The notes below the pieces were generated by a model. That model made no database searches, was not told the origin of the DNA, and was given only the letters and a program-made list of their open reading frames with translations. From the NCBI RefSeq assembly GCF_020745735.1, contig NC_083410.1:95938080-96002079 (forward strand): a stretch of 64,000 bases of DNA, in the 5' to 3' direction. Origin of the DNA: Hemiscyllium ocellatum (lineage: Eukaryota). Every line of letters starts with the position of its first letter. The stretch's first letter is position 1. Below are positions 50,978 to 62,541 of this stretch, in pieces. Both the position numbers and the translations under genes were made by a program.

Positions 50978-51304
50978 GTATCCGTAAGGACCGTCGGGGT
51001 GGCCGGATGTTGAAGCACAAGCGGAGGAAAGATGAGAAGGAGCACGTCATTAAGAGTACGGGAGTGACCAGCAGACCGAGCTCCAGCAGCGTGAGCCCAG
51101 TGCAGAGGAGCACCAAGCACAGTTCCCTGCTTGGCATGACCTCGGACGAGATTCTCAGTACCCTGATGGAGGCCGAGCCCCCTATGGTTTACTCCGAACA
51201 CGACCCCGGCAAACCCTTCACCGAGGCGTCCATGATGACTTTGCTCACAAACCTGGCTGATAAGGAATTGGTGCACATGATCATCTGGGCCAAGAAGGTT
51301 CCAG
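50978..51304 (+). CDS. esr1: Internal coding exon of an estrogen receptor alpha-type nuclear receptor (DBD C-terminal extension, hinge/NLS, LBD helices 1-3); equivalent of human ESR1 exon 4
   Basis: Translates (G)[18 protein letters not shown]...[47 protein letters not shown](G), which matches ERalpha. Acceptor is ctttctcctctcacattgccAG (50977) and donor is CAG|GTAGGA (51305). Length 327 nt, phase 1-1. The exact paralog (esr1 vs a chondrichthyan esr1-like duplicate) cannot be resolved from one exon. Confidence 0.95.
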
Positions 51305-51443
51305 GTAGGAACGTGGAGCTTTACTCATCTCCAAGTACCGTGCGGTTTTGTAACTCGCGATGATTACGGCCCAAGCACAACACACGAGTCTACACAGATG
51401 CAGAGCGGACAATATTGGCTGTGTCAGACCAGCATTGCAGAGT

Positions 51444-51764
51444 GTGGTGCTGGAAAAGCACAGCCGGTCAGGCAGCATCTGAAGAGCAGGAGAGTCAACG
51501 TTTCGAGTTCTTCATCAGGATGTTGTCTTTGTCAAAGTAGTCCTTCCTCCAAGCCTATGACTAACTTTCTATGCTCCCAAATAAAGAATAAAACCAGTTT
51601 TAGAAATTGCGCAAGAGGAACTACCTTTGCTCTTCATTCCTGATGAAGAGCTTATGCTTGAAACATCGATTCTCCTGCTCCTCGGATGTTGCCTGACCGG
51701 CTGTGCTTTTCCAGCACCACACTCTTCGACTCTGATCTCCAGATCTGCAGCCCTCACTTCCTCC
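51444..51764. mobile_element. PLE family A inverted insertion enclosing ~110 bp of captured sequence
   Basis: - arm ~51444-51520 and + arm ~51635-51764; approximate TSD cattg(t)cagagt. Confidence 0.85.
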
Positions 51765-52164
51765 CATTGTCAGAGTAAAGGACAGATAAATTAATAAATT
51801 CAAATATGAGTTTCAGTCAAAGATAGATGACATTGTCCCAAGGTTAAACAGTGTCACATTGTGCTTTTTCCTGCAAAGATTGCGTTCACTTACCTGACAG
51901 GTCTGTCTCTGCCAAAAACCTCAAACTATCTCAGTCCAGCGGAAATCACAGATCATGTCTGATCAGACTTTGATGTTTAAAATATTTTTTCTTTAACTGG
52001 CTTGGATACAGCATCAGCATCTCTCAAACAGATTCTAAGTGTTTGTTTTGAAATGGAGTGAAAAGAAGTGACAATAGGTTGATATGAAGTATAAAGTGTG
52101 CCGAGTCCAGCCATTCTAAAGTTTACAGAAATCAAGAGTTGCTCACTGCATGTAATATCCAAAG

Positions 52165-52460
52165 ATTAGATTCCCTACAGTGTGAAAACCGTCCCTTCAG
52201 CCCCCACATCAACCCTCTGAAGAGTAACCCACCCAGTCCCATTTCCCTCTGACTAATGTGCCGAACACTATGGGCAATTTCCCATGGCAAATTCACCTAA
52301 CCTGCATATCTTTGGACTGTGGGAGGAAACCGGAGCACCCCCACTCAGACACGGGGAAAATGTGCAAACTCCCCACAGACAGTCATCCGAGACTAGAATC
52401 AAACCTGGACCCTGGTGCTGTGAGGCAGCAGTACTAACCACTGAGCCACCATGCGTGCCA
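52165..52460 (-). mobile_element. HE1/V-type SINE
   Basis: Family match. Confidence 0.9.
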
Positions 52461-52502
52461 GTTAGTTTGACATGACAAAAGCTAACTGGGTGGAGTAGGA
52501 AA

Positions 52503-52556
52503 AATATATCATAGACTGGAATATATCGTAGACTGGAATATATCGTAGACTGGAAT
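52503..52556. repeat. 17-bp tandem repeat, about 3 copies (aatatatcgtagactgg)
   Basis: Direct inspection. Confidence 0.9.
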
Positions 52557-53899
52557 CTGCAGCACAAACCATTCTTGAAACAAAATCCGTGAATTATTTT
52601 AAAGGGATTGAAATGGAAAGAGGGTTTGAACAAGAGGACCTCAACTAGATTGGAGGCTCATGTGGAGGCAAATGCCAGCAAAAACGCTGTGCCTTCCATT
52701 ACCCCCAACAATACATCCCACTTCAACCACACCTTCCTACTGCATGCACAGGAGACCCTCCTCCCTCCTTATGTTCCAGGTTCTTAAGGAAACCTTTTGT
52801 GAACTGGCAGTTCCGAAGAAGAGTCAATCCATTCTCAAAGCGTTAACTCTGTCTCCCCGCTGCCTCTCCACAGGGTGCTGCCAGAGCTGCTGAGATTCTC
52901 CAGAGCTCTCAATGTTGGTTTGTTAGCAGTCTGAAAATGTGTTGCTGGAAAAGCGCAGCAGGTCGGGCAGCATCCAAGGAACAGGAGATTCGATGTTTTG
53001 GGCATGAGCCCTTCATCAGGAATTGCCCTTGTTAGCAGACTGCCTGTACGTCTCTGATCTAGTTTACTCGCTGCTCACAGTTTGGTCTCCGGGGAAGGTC
53101 AAATTGAGACTGGGTGACCACTTTGTAGAACACCTCTGCTCAGGCTGGAAGCAACCCTCTGACATTCGGCATCCATCTCACTCACATTCATGTTTCTGTC
53201 CTGGGACAACTGTAGGGCTTCAGTGAAACCCAAGGCCAGCTGGAGGAACAGCACTTAATTTTCCATTGAGGCACTTTACAGCCTTCAGGATTTAACATTG
53301 AGTTCAACAACTCCAACCTCTATTTTGATATGTTTTTCCTCTAGTGTCTGTATCTTGCTTTCCAGTTTCTGCCTTCAGTCAGATCTGTCCTTTATTCTGA
53401 TAGTAACACCTACTCTGGATCTTGTCTCTGAATCCATTACTGATCCCTTTACCATTTGTTCTCTGATACTTGTGATCTCAAATCTCCTTCACCCTCTAGT
53501 CCTATCGTTATGGTCCACTTGCTCCTCCCCATTCTCACTACAGTATCAATCACTTTTCCACCTCTCTTCAATTCTGAAGAGGAGGTAGGCTTAACCGAAA
53601 AGGTTAACTCTGTTTTTCTCTCTCTCTGTCTCCACAAACCCCCACAGCTAGACCTGCTGAGTTTCTCCAATACTTTCGCTGTTTTTGTTTCAGATTTCCA
53701 GCACGCACAGTATTTTGCTTTTGTATTGAACTGCTCACATAAGCTAAATGGGCTGAATGGCCTATTTCACCGTTTGATGATGATTGTGTAACAGGCACTG
53801 ACAGGTCTGACCGCGTAGCCCCAGCGTTCTGTCTGTGCAGGTGTGTGTGTGTGTCAGACACCAATTGTAGTGTTGGGCTGAATGGCCTGTTTCTGTCTT

Positions 53900-54680
53900 G
53901 TCCTAGAGAGGTACAGCATGGAAACAGACCCTTCAGATCAACACATCCAACTCCGCTAACCAGATATCCTCAATTAATGTATTCCTATTTGCCAGCACTT
54001 TGCCCATTTCCCGCTAAATGCTTCCTGTTCATGTACCCATCCAGATGCCTTTTAAATACTGTAATTGTACCAGCCTCCACCACTTCCTCTGACAGCTCAT
54101 TCCATATACATACCACCCTCTGCATGAAAACACTGCCCCTTAGGTCCCTTTTAAATCTTCTCCTCTTATCCCTCTAGTTTTGGCCTCCCACACACCAGGG
54201 AAAAGACCTTGTCTGTTTACCCTATCCATGCCCCTCATGATTTTATAAACCTCTATGAGGTCACCCTTCAGCCTCCGACACTCCAGGGAAAACAGCCCCA
54301 GCCTGTTCAGCCTCTCCCTGTAGCTCAAACCCTCCAAGTCTGGCAACATCCTTATAAATCTTTTCTGAACCCTTTCAAATTTCACATCATCTGGTAAAGA
54401 GACCAGAATTGAACGCCGTATTCCAAAAGTGGACTAACCAATGTCCTGTACAGCTTCAACATAATCTCTCAACTCCAATACTCAATGCACTGACCAATAA
54501 AGGCAAGCACACCAAATGCCTCTTTCACTATCCTATCTACCTGCGGCTCCATTTTAAAGTAGCTATGAACCTGTACTCCAAGGTCTCTTTGTTCACCAAC
54601 ACTCCCCAGGACCTTACCGCTAACTGTATAAGCCCTGCCGTGATTCGCCTTTCCAAAATGTAGCACTTTACATTTATCTA
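53900..54680 (-). mobile_element. CR1 LINE 3' fragment
   Basis: DKCKVLHFGK...QRDLGVQVH...ERVQKRFIRMLP...GDLIEVYKIMRG. Confidence 0.93.
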
Positions 54681-54712
54681 GATTTGATAACTGACTGGTT
54701 TCTAATTGACTA

Positions 54713-54982
54713 GGAGAAAGTGAGGAAGGAGAGACAGACAGAGAGAAAGAAAGAGAGAGACAGAGGGAGACAGGGAGAGAAAAATTGAGAGACAGAGAGA
54801 GAGAGAGAGAGAGAGGCGAGTGGAAATCTGAAGAGGAGAGAAGAAAAAATTGGGAAGAAAGAGAGAGAAAAAAACGAGAGTGCAATGGGAGAGACACAGA
54901 GGAGACAACAACAGAGAGACAGAGAGAAATATGGACAAGAGATAGAAAGCGAGAGATGGGAGAGCCTCGGAGAGAGAGATAT
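54713..54982. repeat. GA-rich polypurine low-complexity tract
   Basis: Direct inspection. Confidence 0.9.
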
Positions 54983-56489
54983 CTTTGAGCCTTGTCATCC
55001 TACGCTGACATGCTCAATTAACTGCAGTAAGTAAAAATATCCTGAAATATTAGCAAGTGCCTTGATTATGGAAATTATCCAGTAGCTTGGCTGGTCCATG
55101 TACTAGACTGCAATGGGTCATGGTCTTGACACAAGTCACATTTGGATTTCATTCTGCACTTTGTCCCCAAATAGAACATGACAGCCAATCCCTCTTTATA
55201 TATACAGGATCACCCACTTCATTTAGGCTGGTGTAAGTGTAAGGGTTCAGGTAAGAGTCAGTAGTTAGCACATCACATGGGGCTTGCAGCAGAACTGGGA
55301 GCCTGCGATAGAGATCTGGTGGGCCAAGTGATCACAAACATTTTGTTGAAAACTGGGGTTTACGGAATCAATTGCAACATCACTGAAATCCAATGTGCAC
55401 ATTTCAGACGTTAATCCACTGGCTACAGAGTGCTTTGGTATCGCCTGGGGCTGTGAACAATAAATACAAATCGAATTCCTTTTCTTCATCCATGGTGTCC
55501 AATACAGTAGATTTATCACTTTCATCTTTCGGCTGTAAATTAATAAATGGAATTGTACATTTTGGCATGATTGGTGAGTAAGATAGTCAGGGAAGGGGAA
55601 AGGTGGGGACAGATCTCCCTGTGAGGCCAAGGAGAATAGTTTCAAAAGGCATTACTGTCTAGTCTACAGTAGACCGTACTTGACCTGGGAATGTCTGAAT
55701 GCACTGAGTCTGAAACATATCCCTTTCCCTGTTTCTAACTTGGGTGTTTTTGCCATAAGGAAGGTCCCAGAACTGGATGGAATGATTTTGCTTCCTCCTA
55801 CATCACCTGGATATTTACATCCCGTGAAGAAACACTCGGGTCTCTGATTATTTTGGCCTTCATCCTGAAGGTTTAAGGCACCTTCTCTTCCACTGGGTCA
55901 CCTCCTTCTAAAATTGTCAATTGGCTCCAGTTTCACGTTGAAACAGCAACTGGACACAATCTAATTCTTGGCAAGCTTTCTAATGTCATCTAGCAGTTCT
56001 CTGCAGTCATCCCAAGCTCAGTTGATTTGTGTTATTAATAATTGTGGCAGCGTCTGTCTGTTTGTGGAAAGATTACTTTTGTGGGACTGGCTCAGTGCCC
56101 TCTTACGACTTTTATCACCAGCAAATCTATAAAGACTTCGCTCAAGACTGTCTTTCCCTATCCTCTGACCATTTACAATGTAGCCACCACACAGAGCTCT
56201 GAGAACTAATGTTGGATTCACCAAAGAGCCTGACAGAAGAAAACTTTCATTTCTATAGCACCTTTCGTGACTGCAGGAATTCCCAAGCACTTCATGGCAG
56301 TGAACTGTAGATACCATTGTAATATGTGAACTGCAGCAACCATCTTCATACAAAACAAACTGTCTGAATTATAAGTGTAGTAATGATTAGCTGATCCATT
56401 TTAGTGATCAATATTGAGCAGGGAAACCCCCTTGCCAAACAATGCCATCCCTCCATGGAAGGGCCTTTGTTTTAATATTTCATGTATCT

Positions 56490-56755
56490 CACAGTGGCCA
56501 TGGATCAGGTTTGATGGAGTTTGCACATTCTCCCTGTGTTTGCGTCAGTTTCCTCCGGGTGCTCCGGTTTCCTCCCACAATCCAAGATGTGCGGGTCAGG
56601 TGAATTGGCCATGCCAAATTGCCCGTAGTGTTAATTGCATTAGTCAGAGGTAAATATAGGGGAATGGGTCTGGGTGTGTTACTCTTTGGAGGGTCGGTGT
56701 GGAATTGTTGGGCCAAAGGGCCTGTGTCCATACTGTAGGGAATCCAATCTAATCT
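56490..56755 (+). mobile_element. HE1/V-type SINE (internally deleted)
   Basis: Family match. Confidence 0.88.
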
Positions 56756-56849
56756 CCAACAGTGTATCATCTAGTGCCCTACTAACTGTTAAGGAGAAGC
56801 CTCTGGAGTTGGTCTTGAACATTTGTCATTGGGTAAATGTGTGAGTCTA

Positions 56850-58385
56850 TTGTAAAGGTTGTATAGCAAAGCATTTGGAGATACACAGCATTATCAAGCA
56901 GAGGCAGAATGGCTTCATTAAAGGAAAATCATGCCTGACAAATTTATTACTGTTCTTTGACAAGGTAACAAACAGGATAGATAAAGAGGAATCCGTAGAT
57001 GTCATAGAGTTGCATGTCCAAAAGGCATTTGATAAGGTACCGAACAGAAGAGTTCTCAATAAGAGCCCAAAATATTGGTGGCAGTATATTCGTATAGATA
57101 GAGGATTAATACAAAAGAGTTCGAATGTACCGGGCATTTTCACGATGGCAACTTGTGACTGGTGGAGTACCACCCCAACACTCAAAATACTATTGCAAAG
57201 TATGCGGGCAACGCAAGATTAGGTGGGAAGGCAAGTGATGAGGATGACACAAAGAGTCTGCCTGAGGGATAAAAACAGGTTAAGCGAGTGGGTAAAAGCT
57301 TGGCAGATGGAATATTATGTGGGGAAGCTGAGTTTATGCATTTTGGCAGGAAGGATGAAGTGCTGAATATTACTTAAATTGAAAAAGATTGCAGAAAACT
57401 GCAGCACAGAGATCATTTGGATCTTCTTGTACGAACCACTAAAAACATTCAAGTTCAGCTTGTAGTTTTAATAAGTCTGCCCAAAATAGAGAATGGAAAA
57501 TGAAGGGTGGACTGTATTTCAAAGGGAATAGAGTACACTAGTCTTGTTATAAACAAGACAAAGAACGATCAAACCACAATTAGAATACTGTAAGCCGTTT
57601 GGATCCAGAGAAAGATGTACTTTTATTTGCCTTTATTCATTCATAGGATAAGGAAATCGCTGGCTAGGTAGCATTTATGGTCCATCTCTAAATGCCCAGA
57701 GGGCAATTAAATGTCAACCCCATTGCTGTGGGACTGGAGTCACATGTAGGTCAAACCAGGTAAGGATGGCAGCTCCCTTCCCTAAAGGGCATTAGTGAAC
57801 CAGATGGGTTTTTCTCTGACAATCATGGTCATCATTAGACTCCTAATGCCAAATTTCTATTGAATTCAAATTCCACCATCTGCCGTAGCAGGATTTGAAC
57901 CTGTGCCACTAGAACATTATCTGGGTCGACAGTCCAGTGATAATACCACTAAGCTATCGCCTCCCCATGCCATTGGACACAGTCCAGATGAGGTTGACTA
58001 GGTTGATCCAGGGGATGGAGGGATTTTCTTAGGAGGAGGGGTTGAGCGGAGGTCGAGTCTACACTCACTGGAGTTTAGAAAATTGCAAGGCCACCTTTTT
58101 GAAATGTATACGTCACTGAGAGGGCTTGACAGGGTAGATCGATAAAGGTTGTTCCACCTGGTGGGATAGGCCATCACTGGAGTGCCAGATCTCAGAGGTA
58201 AGACAGAGATGAGTTAAGGCAGAAATTGGGAGGATTTTCTTCACTTAGAGAGCAGTGAATCTCTGGAATTCTTTATCCGAGAGAGATGTCGAGGCTAGGT
58301 CATGAAGAAAGTTCAAAGAGACAGACAGGTTCTTAATGAGGAAGGGACTCAAAGGATAACAGGAAAAGGCAGGCAAGTGGAGTCT
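56850..58385 (+). mobile_element. CR1 RT fragment, interrupted by a second-family SINE (57630-57965, -)
   Basis: QNGFIKGKSCLTNLLLFFD...KAFDKVP. Confidence 0.9.
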
Positions 58386-61300
58386 TGAAGTTGGAACTCA
58401 GAGACAGGAAAGCTGCCATTGAGCTGGAGCTTACAGCAAATTCATCCCAGGAAAAATTCGGTGGTGGTGGAAGTGGGTTGCAGCGAATGTAACTGCATGT
58501 CGCTCTCAGCCCCTTCTCCTTGACTCCTCAGGGACACTTCACCATCTGCTCAGAATGGGCCTTGCAGGACAGGAATACACTGAATGCCTTTCCCCCTGTC
58601 GGGGGGTGGGGTGAGGTGGGGTGGATTTTGGCGACGCTAGTCACAAAATCATGAGTCAGGGTAAAAAAGCTGTTCACTCGTAGCTGTCTTCCTCCCGAAA
58701 TAATTGGCTGTGCCATCTTCCCATTGCAGCACCCAACTGGTGTCAGTCAGTCTGCTGGCTTAACCCATTCCGATTTGTACCCTCTGTGTAGGTATGTGCC
58801 TGACGCCTTTGGGTCCTTCTCCCCAGATTGCTCTTATGTTTACTATCTCAACTCTTCAAGTAAGTGGCTGCATTTGAGTAGAATACATTCACTCTCTTGT
58901 GGGGCAGGGGTGAGTGCTCACGGTACAGCTTCATTGAATTTGAGGCCATTTCATTGCTTGGTTGGTGTCTCAGAATTTATACTACAAATGGGTAACTAAA
59001 TCCAGTTTCAGCCTTCAACATGACATCACAACGTGCGCTGGAATGATGTGGAATGGCTGTATCGAAAGGCTATCTTCTCAGTCTGATCCATGAGTTTCAG
59101 AATGAGTTCTTCATCACTTCAACTGCAGCACTTTCTGTTCAAGGAGTAGGGGGTCATCATTAGAGGCTCATATTCCATCAGAGATGGGCAGCTCCAGCTA
59201 GACCAGACACGACCAACTGAAGGCGAAAATGAGGCCTGCAGACGCTGGAGATCAGAGTCGAGAGTGGGGTGCTGGAAAAGCACAGCAGGTCAGGCAGCAT
59301 CTGAGGAGCAGGAGACCTTCTGAAGTGCTAGTCCTGATAATGGGAACAGGAGATAACCTTAGAGATAGATCTTGAAGGTTTCACGTGGAGGGGCTGAGAC
59401 TATTGGCAGCTTGTTCCATTGTCAAGTTGTCCAGGGGAAGAATAACTGTTGATACACAGCCTTGGGGACTAATAGCTTTTGTAGTTTGGGTGGATGGCTC
59501 TTTTATTTGTCATTACTTGGGAATCTCAGGTACTTGTTTCTGTTCATTAGCACAAATACATTACATAACGTTTAGAATGCAGTTTCTCCCCACCACTTGC
59601 CACGAGTGTGCTGGCTGTGACGTTGTTCAAATTGTTATTTTGATTCATTTATAAGATGCAATTATCAAAATTTATTGCCCACCTCCAATTGCTAGCAGCT
59701 TGAACCACTGCAATACTAGCTAGGTAGCTTGCCAGGACATCTCAAAGGCAACATGTCAACCAGAATTTCCATCCTTAAAGGAAGTTAGTGAACCCGATGG
59801 GATTTTATGATAACTGTTTTATAGTCGCATGATTGGGCTAGTTTTTAATTTCAGATTTTACTCACCATCTGTCATGCTGGGATTTGAACCCATTTCTCTT
59901 GAGGGTGATAGCCTGGATTAATCATGCGATGATGTTATCCTAACCCGCCACCTCCCTGGAATCTATTTTCTCTCCTATTGCACTGCAGTGTGGTGCATGA
60001 GCACTCGCAGACCACCAACAGGAAGTGACGTGCTGCAGTAGGCCCAAAAGATAGTGTCAAGCAAGATCCCAGAGTTGCATCCGTCACTGCTCCCTTTCTT
60101 TGGATAGTGTTCTGCCACGTCTCAGGGTAATGTTGGCAGCCAGGAGAAGCCGCTTGGCCCCTCTGCTGGAACTGGCTTCACCAGATTGGTTCAAAGTCTT
60201 GCGGTTGTTCCGGGGCTTACATTTCTGACTGCAGTCCTTCTTGTTGAAAGAGCCTTAAAGGGGATGAGAGTGGGATTGGAGTGGGGTGGGGTATGAAAGA
60301 GTCAAGGAAGTTGAGAAAAAGAACAGAATTAGACTCAGTTTGATATTGTAGGTTATGAGCAATGAGCAAGTGATTGACGCGCAGGCTTGATCGAAAATGT
60401 GAAGAGAAAGGCCTAGCTGGGGAACTGTACTCTAGTTGTGGAAGAGCGTCCAAAAATGTTCATGAGAGGTATTAAGAATAGAGCGGGGTTTCCTGGATTC
60501 TCTGATGTGGTGCTGGGTGTCTCAGGCAAGGAGGTGGAGAGGAGTGGTCACAGTCTGGAGGGCCACAAGGCCCTCAAGACAGATACTCCTGAGGATATGG
60601 GATTAGGAAACCATCAAAGGTCAATGTGAGGAATGTACCTTGGTACTGCATAAAAAGAATGGGCTTCCACTAGGCATTGGTGTCAGTGATTATATGTTCG
60701 AATTCCATCTCTCAATCATTAGACACATAGAGTTATCCAGCACAGAAACAGATCCTTCCATGCCAAACCAGATATCCGAAACTGATCCAGTTCCATTTGC
60801 CAGTATTTGGCCCATATCCCTCTAAACCCTTCCCGTTTATATATCTATCACATTGCACTGCACCAGGCTGCCCTGCAGAATGACCATATCACCTTCACAC
60901 CCATCAGCAATCTCAAACAATGTGGATTCATTGATCATTTACGCGTTCCCCATAGCTGCTTTCCAGTCTCATTCCATGTCTCGTAGCTTCCTCGCATGAG
61001 CAACTATTTACCTGTAGCGGGTACAATCCCGGACCACACTCACTGGCACTTTCTTCTCTCATCCAGATCAAGGAAGCAGGAGCGGAGAGGGAGAGTGGGA
61101 GAGAGGCACACCTGCATTTCTTGAGACAATGGTGTGAATTGTTGAGCCAGCAGTGACTGACACTGTTGTGATCGGCCTCAATGTGATATTATGCACCTTC
61201 TCCATCCCTCCTTCAACCTGCACCCCCCTCCCCACCCCACGCCTCAACCTGGCCTGTGGGTGGTGTGACTATTCACCTCCCCTCCTCCATCCAATAAAAG

Positions 61301-62222
61301 CAATGGGAGATAGAATGAGGCCTTTGAGTGGCTATTAATTATGGGTAGGCTGGGAGAGGAGTCACATGGTACAACAGCACCTCCCTCCCGCCAGAGAGGG
61401 AAGGTAAAGTTCAACCCAAAATGGCAGGCCAGGCTCCAAGTCGGTATTAGGCATTAAGTGATGCCATGATATGCCAACTCTGCATGCTTTCCCGCACGTG
61501 CCCTTTCTGGTACCCTCCCAAGAAGTGGATCGGCTGTACAGGAATCAGCCAGCAATGAATTGGCCATCATCGGGGCACTGACACAACACAGCCTCATTTT
61601 CTGACCCTTGTACTTCCCCACTTTGGCTTTCTGCTTTCCTGTTGAATAGCGAGGAGCAGAATGACATACATCGGACCCAGAATTCTCACCTTGAGCTTTC
61701 AATTTGATTCTAAGACTGTGTTTCGGGGGTCAAAGTCCAAGTGACAGGAACGTTTTTTTTAATAGAAAAATCAATGATGCAGCTAATGGGGACACAGTGA
61801 CCAGCCCTTCAAAACCAGATTATTGCAATGTGTGCTCAGGTATTGCAGGACGTACAGTGACAAGGAACTGCAACAATCCAAATCTGATCCATCAAATCAA
61901 AATCACTGGTATTGATTGATATGATGCTACACTTACTAATTGCAGTCACAGTATTATGTGTGCAGTTCTGAAGTCTGTAAATGAATAAGGATGGAGAGAC
62001 ATTGGGGAAGATGAGATAAAAGGTTGACAAACATGATACTGGAACTGAGGAGATCTCACTATCAGGTATTTATGAACAGATTGAGTTTCTTTAGAAGAAA
62101 TATCCGATTGTGTATATTATAAATCATATTCAATTATATTGTAATTGCAAAGCATGGCGATAAAGTAGACGCAAGAAGGTATTTCCAGTTCTAAGGGATT
62201 CCAGACAAGTGTCCATAAACTT

Positions 62223-62541
62223 GGGCGGCACGGTGGCACAGTGGTTAGCACTGCTGCCTCACAGCGCCTGAGACCCAGGTTCAATTCCCGACTCAGGCGA
62301 CAGACTGTGTGGAGTTTGCACGTTCTCCCTGTGTCTGCGTGGGTTTCCTCCGGGTGCTCCGGTTTCCTCCCACAGTCCAAAGATGTGCGGGTCAGGTGAA
62401 TTGGCCATGCTAAATTGCCCGTAGTGTTAGGTAAGGGGTAAATGTAGGGGTATGGGTGGGTTGCGCTTCGGCGGGTCGGTGTGGACTTGTTGGGCCGAAG
62501 GGCCTGTTTCCACACTGTAAGTCTAATCTAATCTAATCTAA
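62223..62541 (+). mobile_element. Full-length young HE1/V-type tRNA-derived SINE
   Basis: A box TGGCACAGTGG 62234-62244, B box GGTTCAATTCC 62278-62288, CpGs retained, (tctaa)n tail. Confidence 0.95.

Noticed and set aside
50836-51363. 175-aa ORF as a stand-alone gene
   Set aside because: Only 50978-51304 is ER-homologous and it is bounded by splice sites; the flanks are intron read-through.
52503-52556. CRISPR-like array
   Set aside because: No spacers, vertebrate context, simple tandem repeat.
60540-61690. Harbinger-like transposase traces (RMGFH, GFID)
   Set aside because: Motifs are too short and degraded, and are not in a convincing order.
62223-62300. tRNA gene
   Set aside because: It is the tRNA-derived head of a SINE, continuing into the SINE body.
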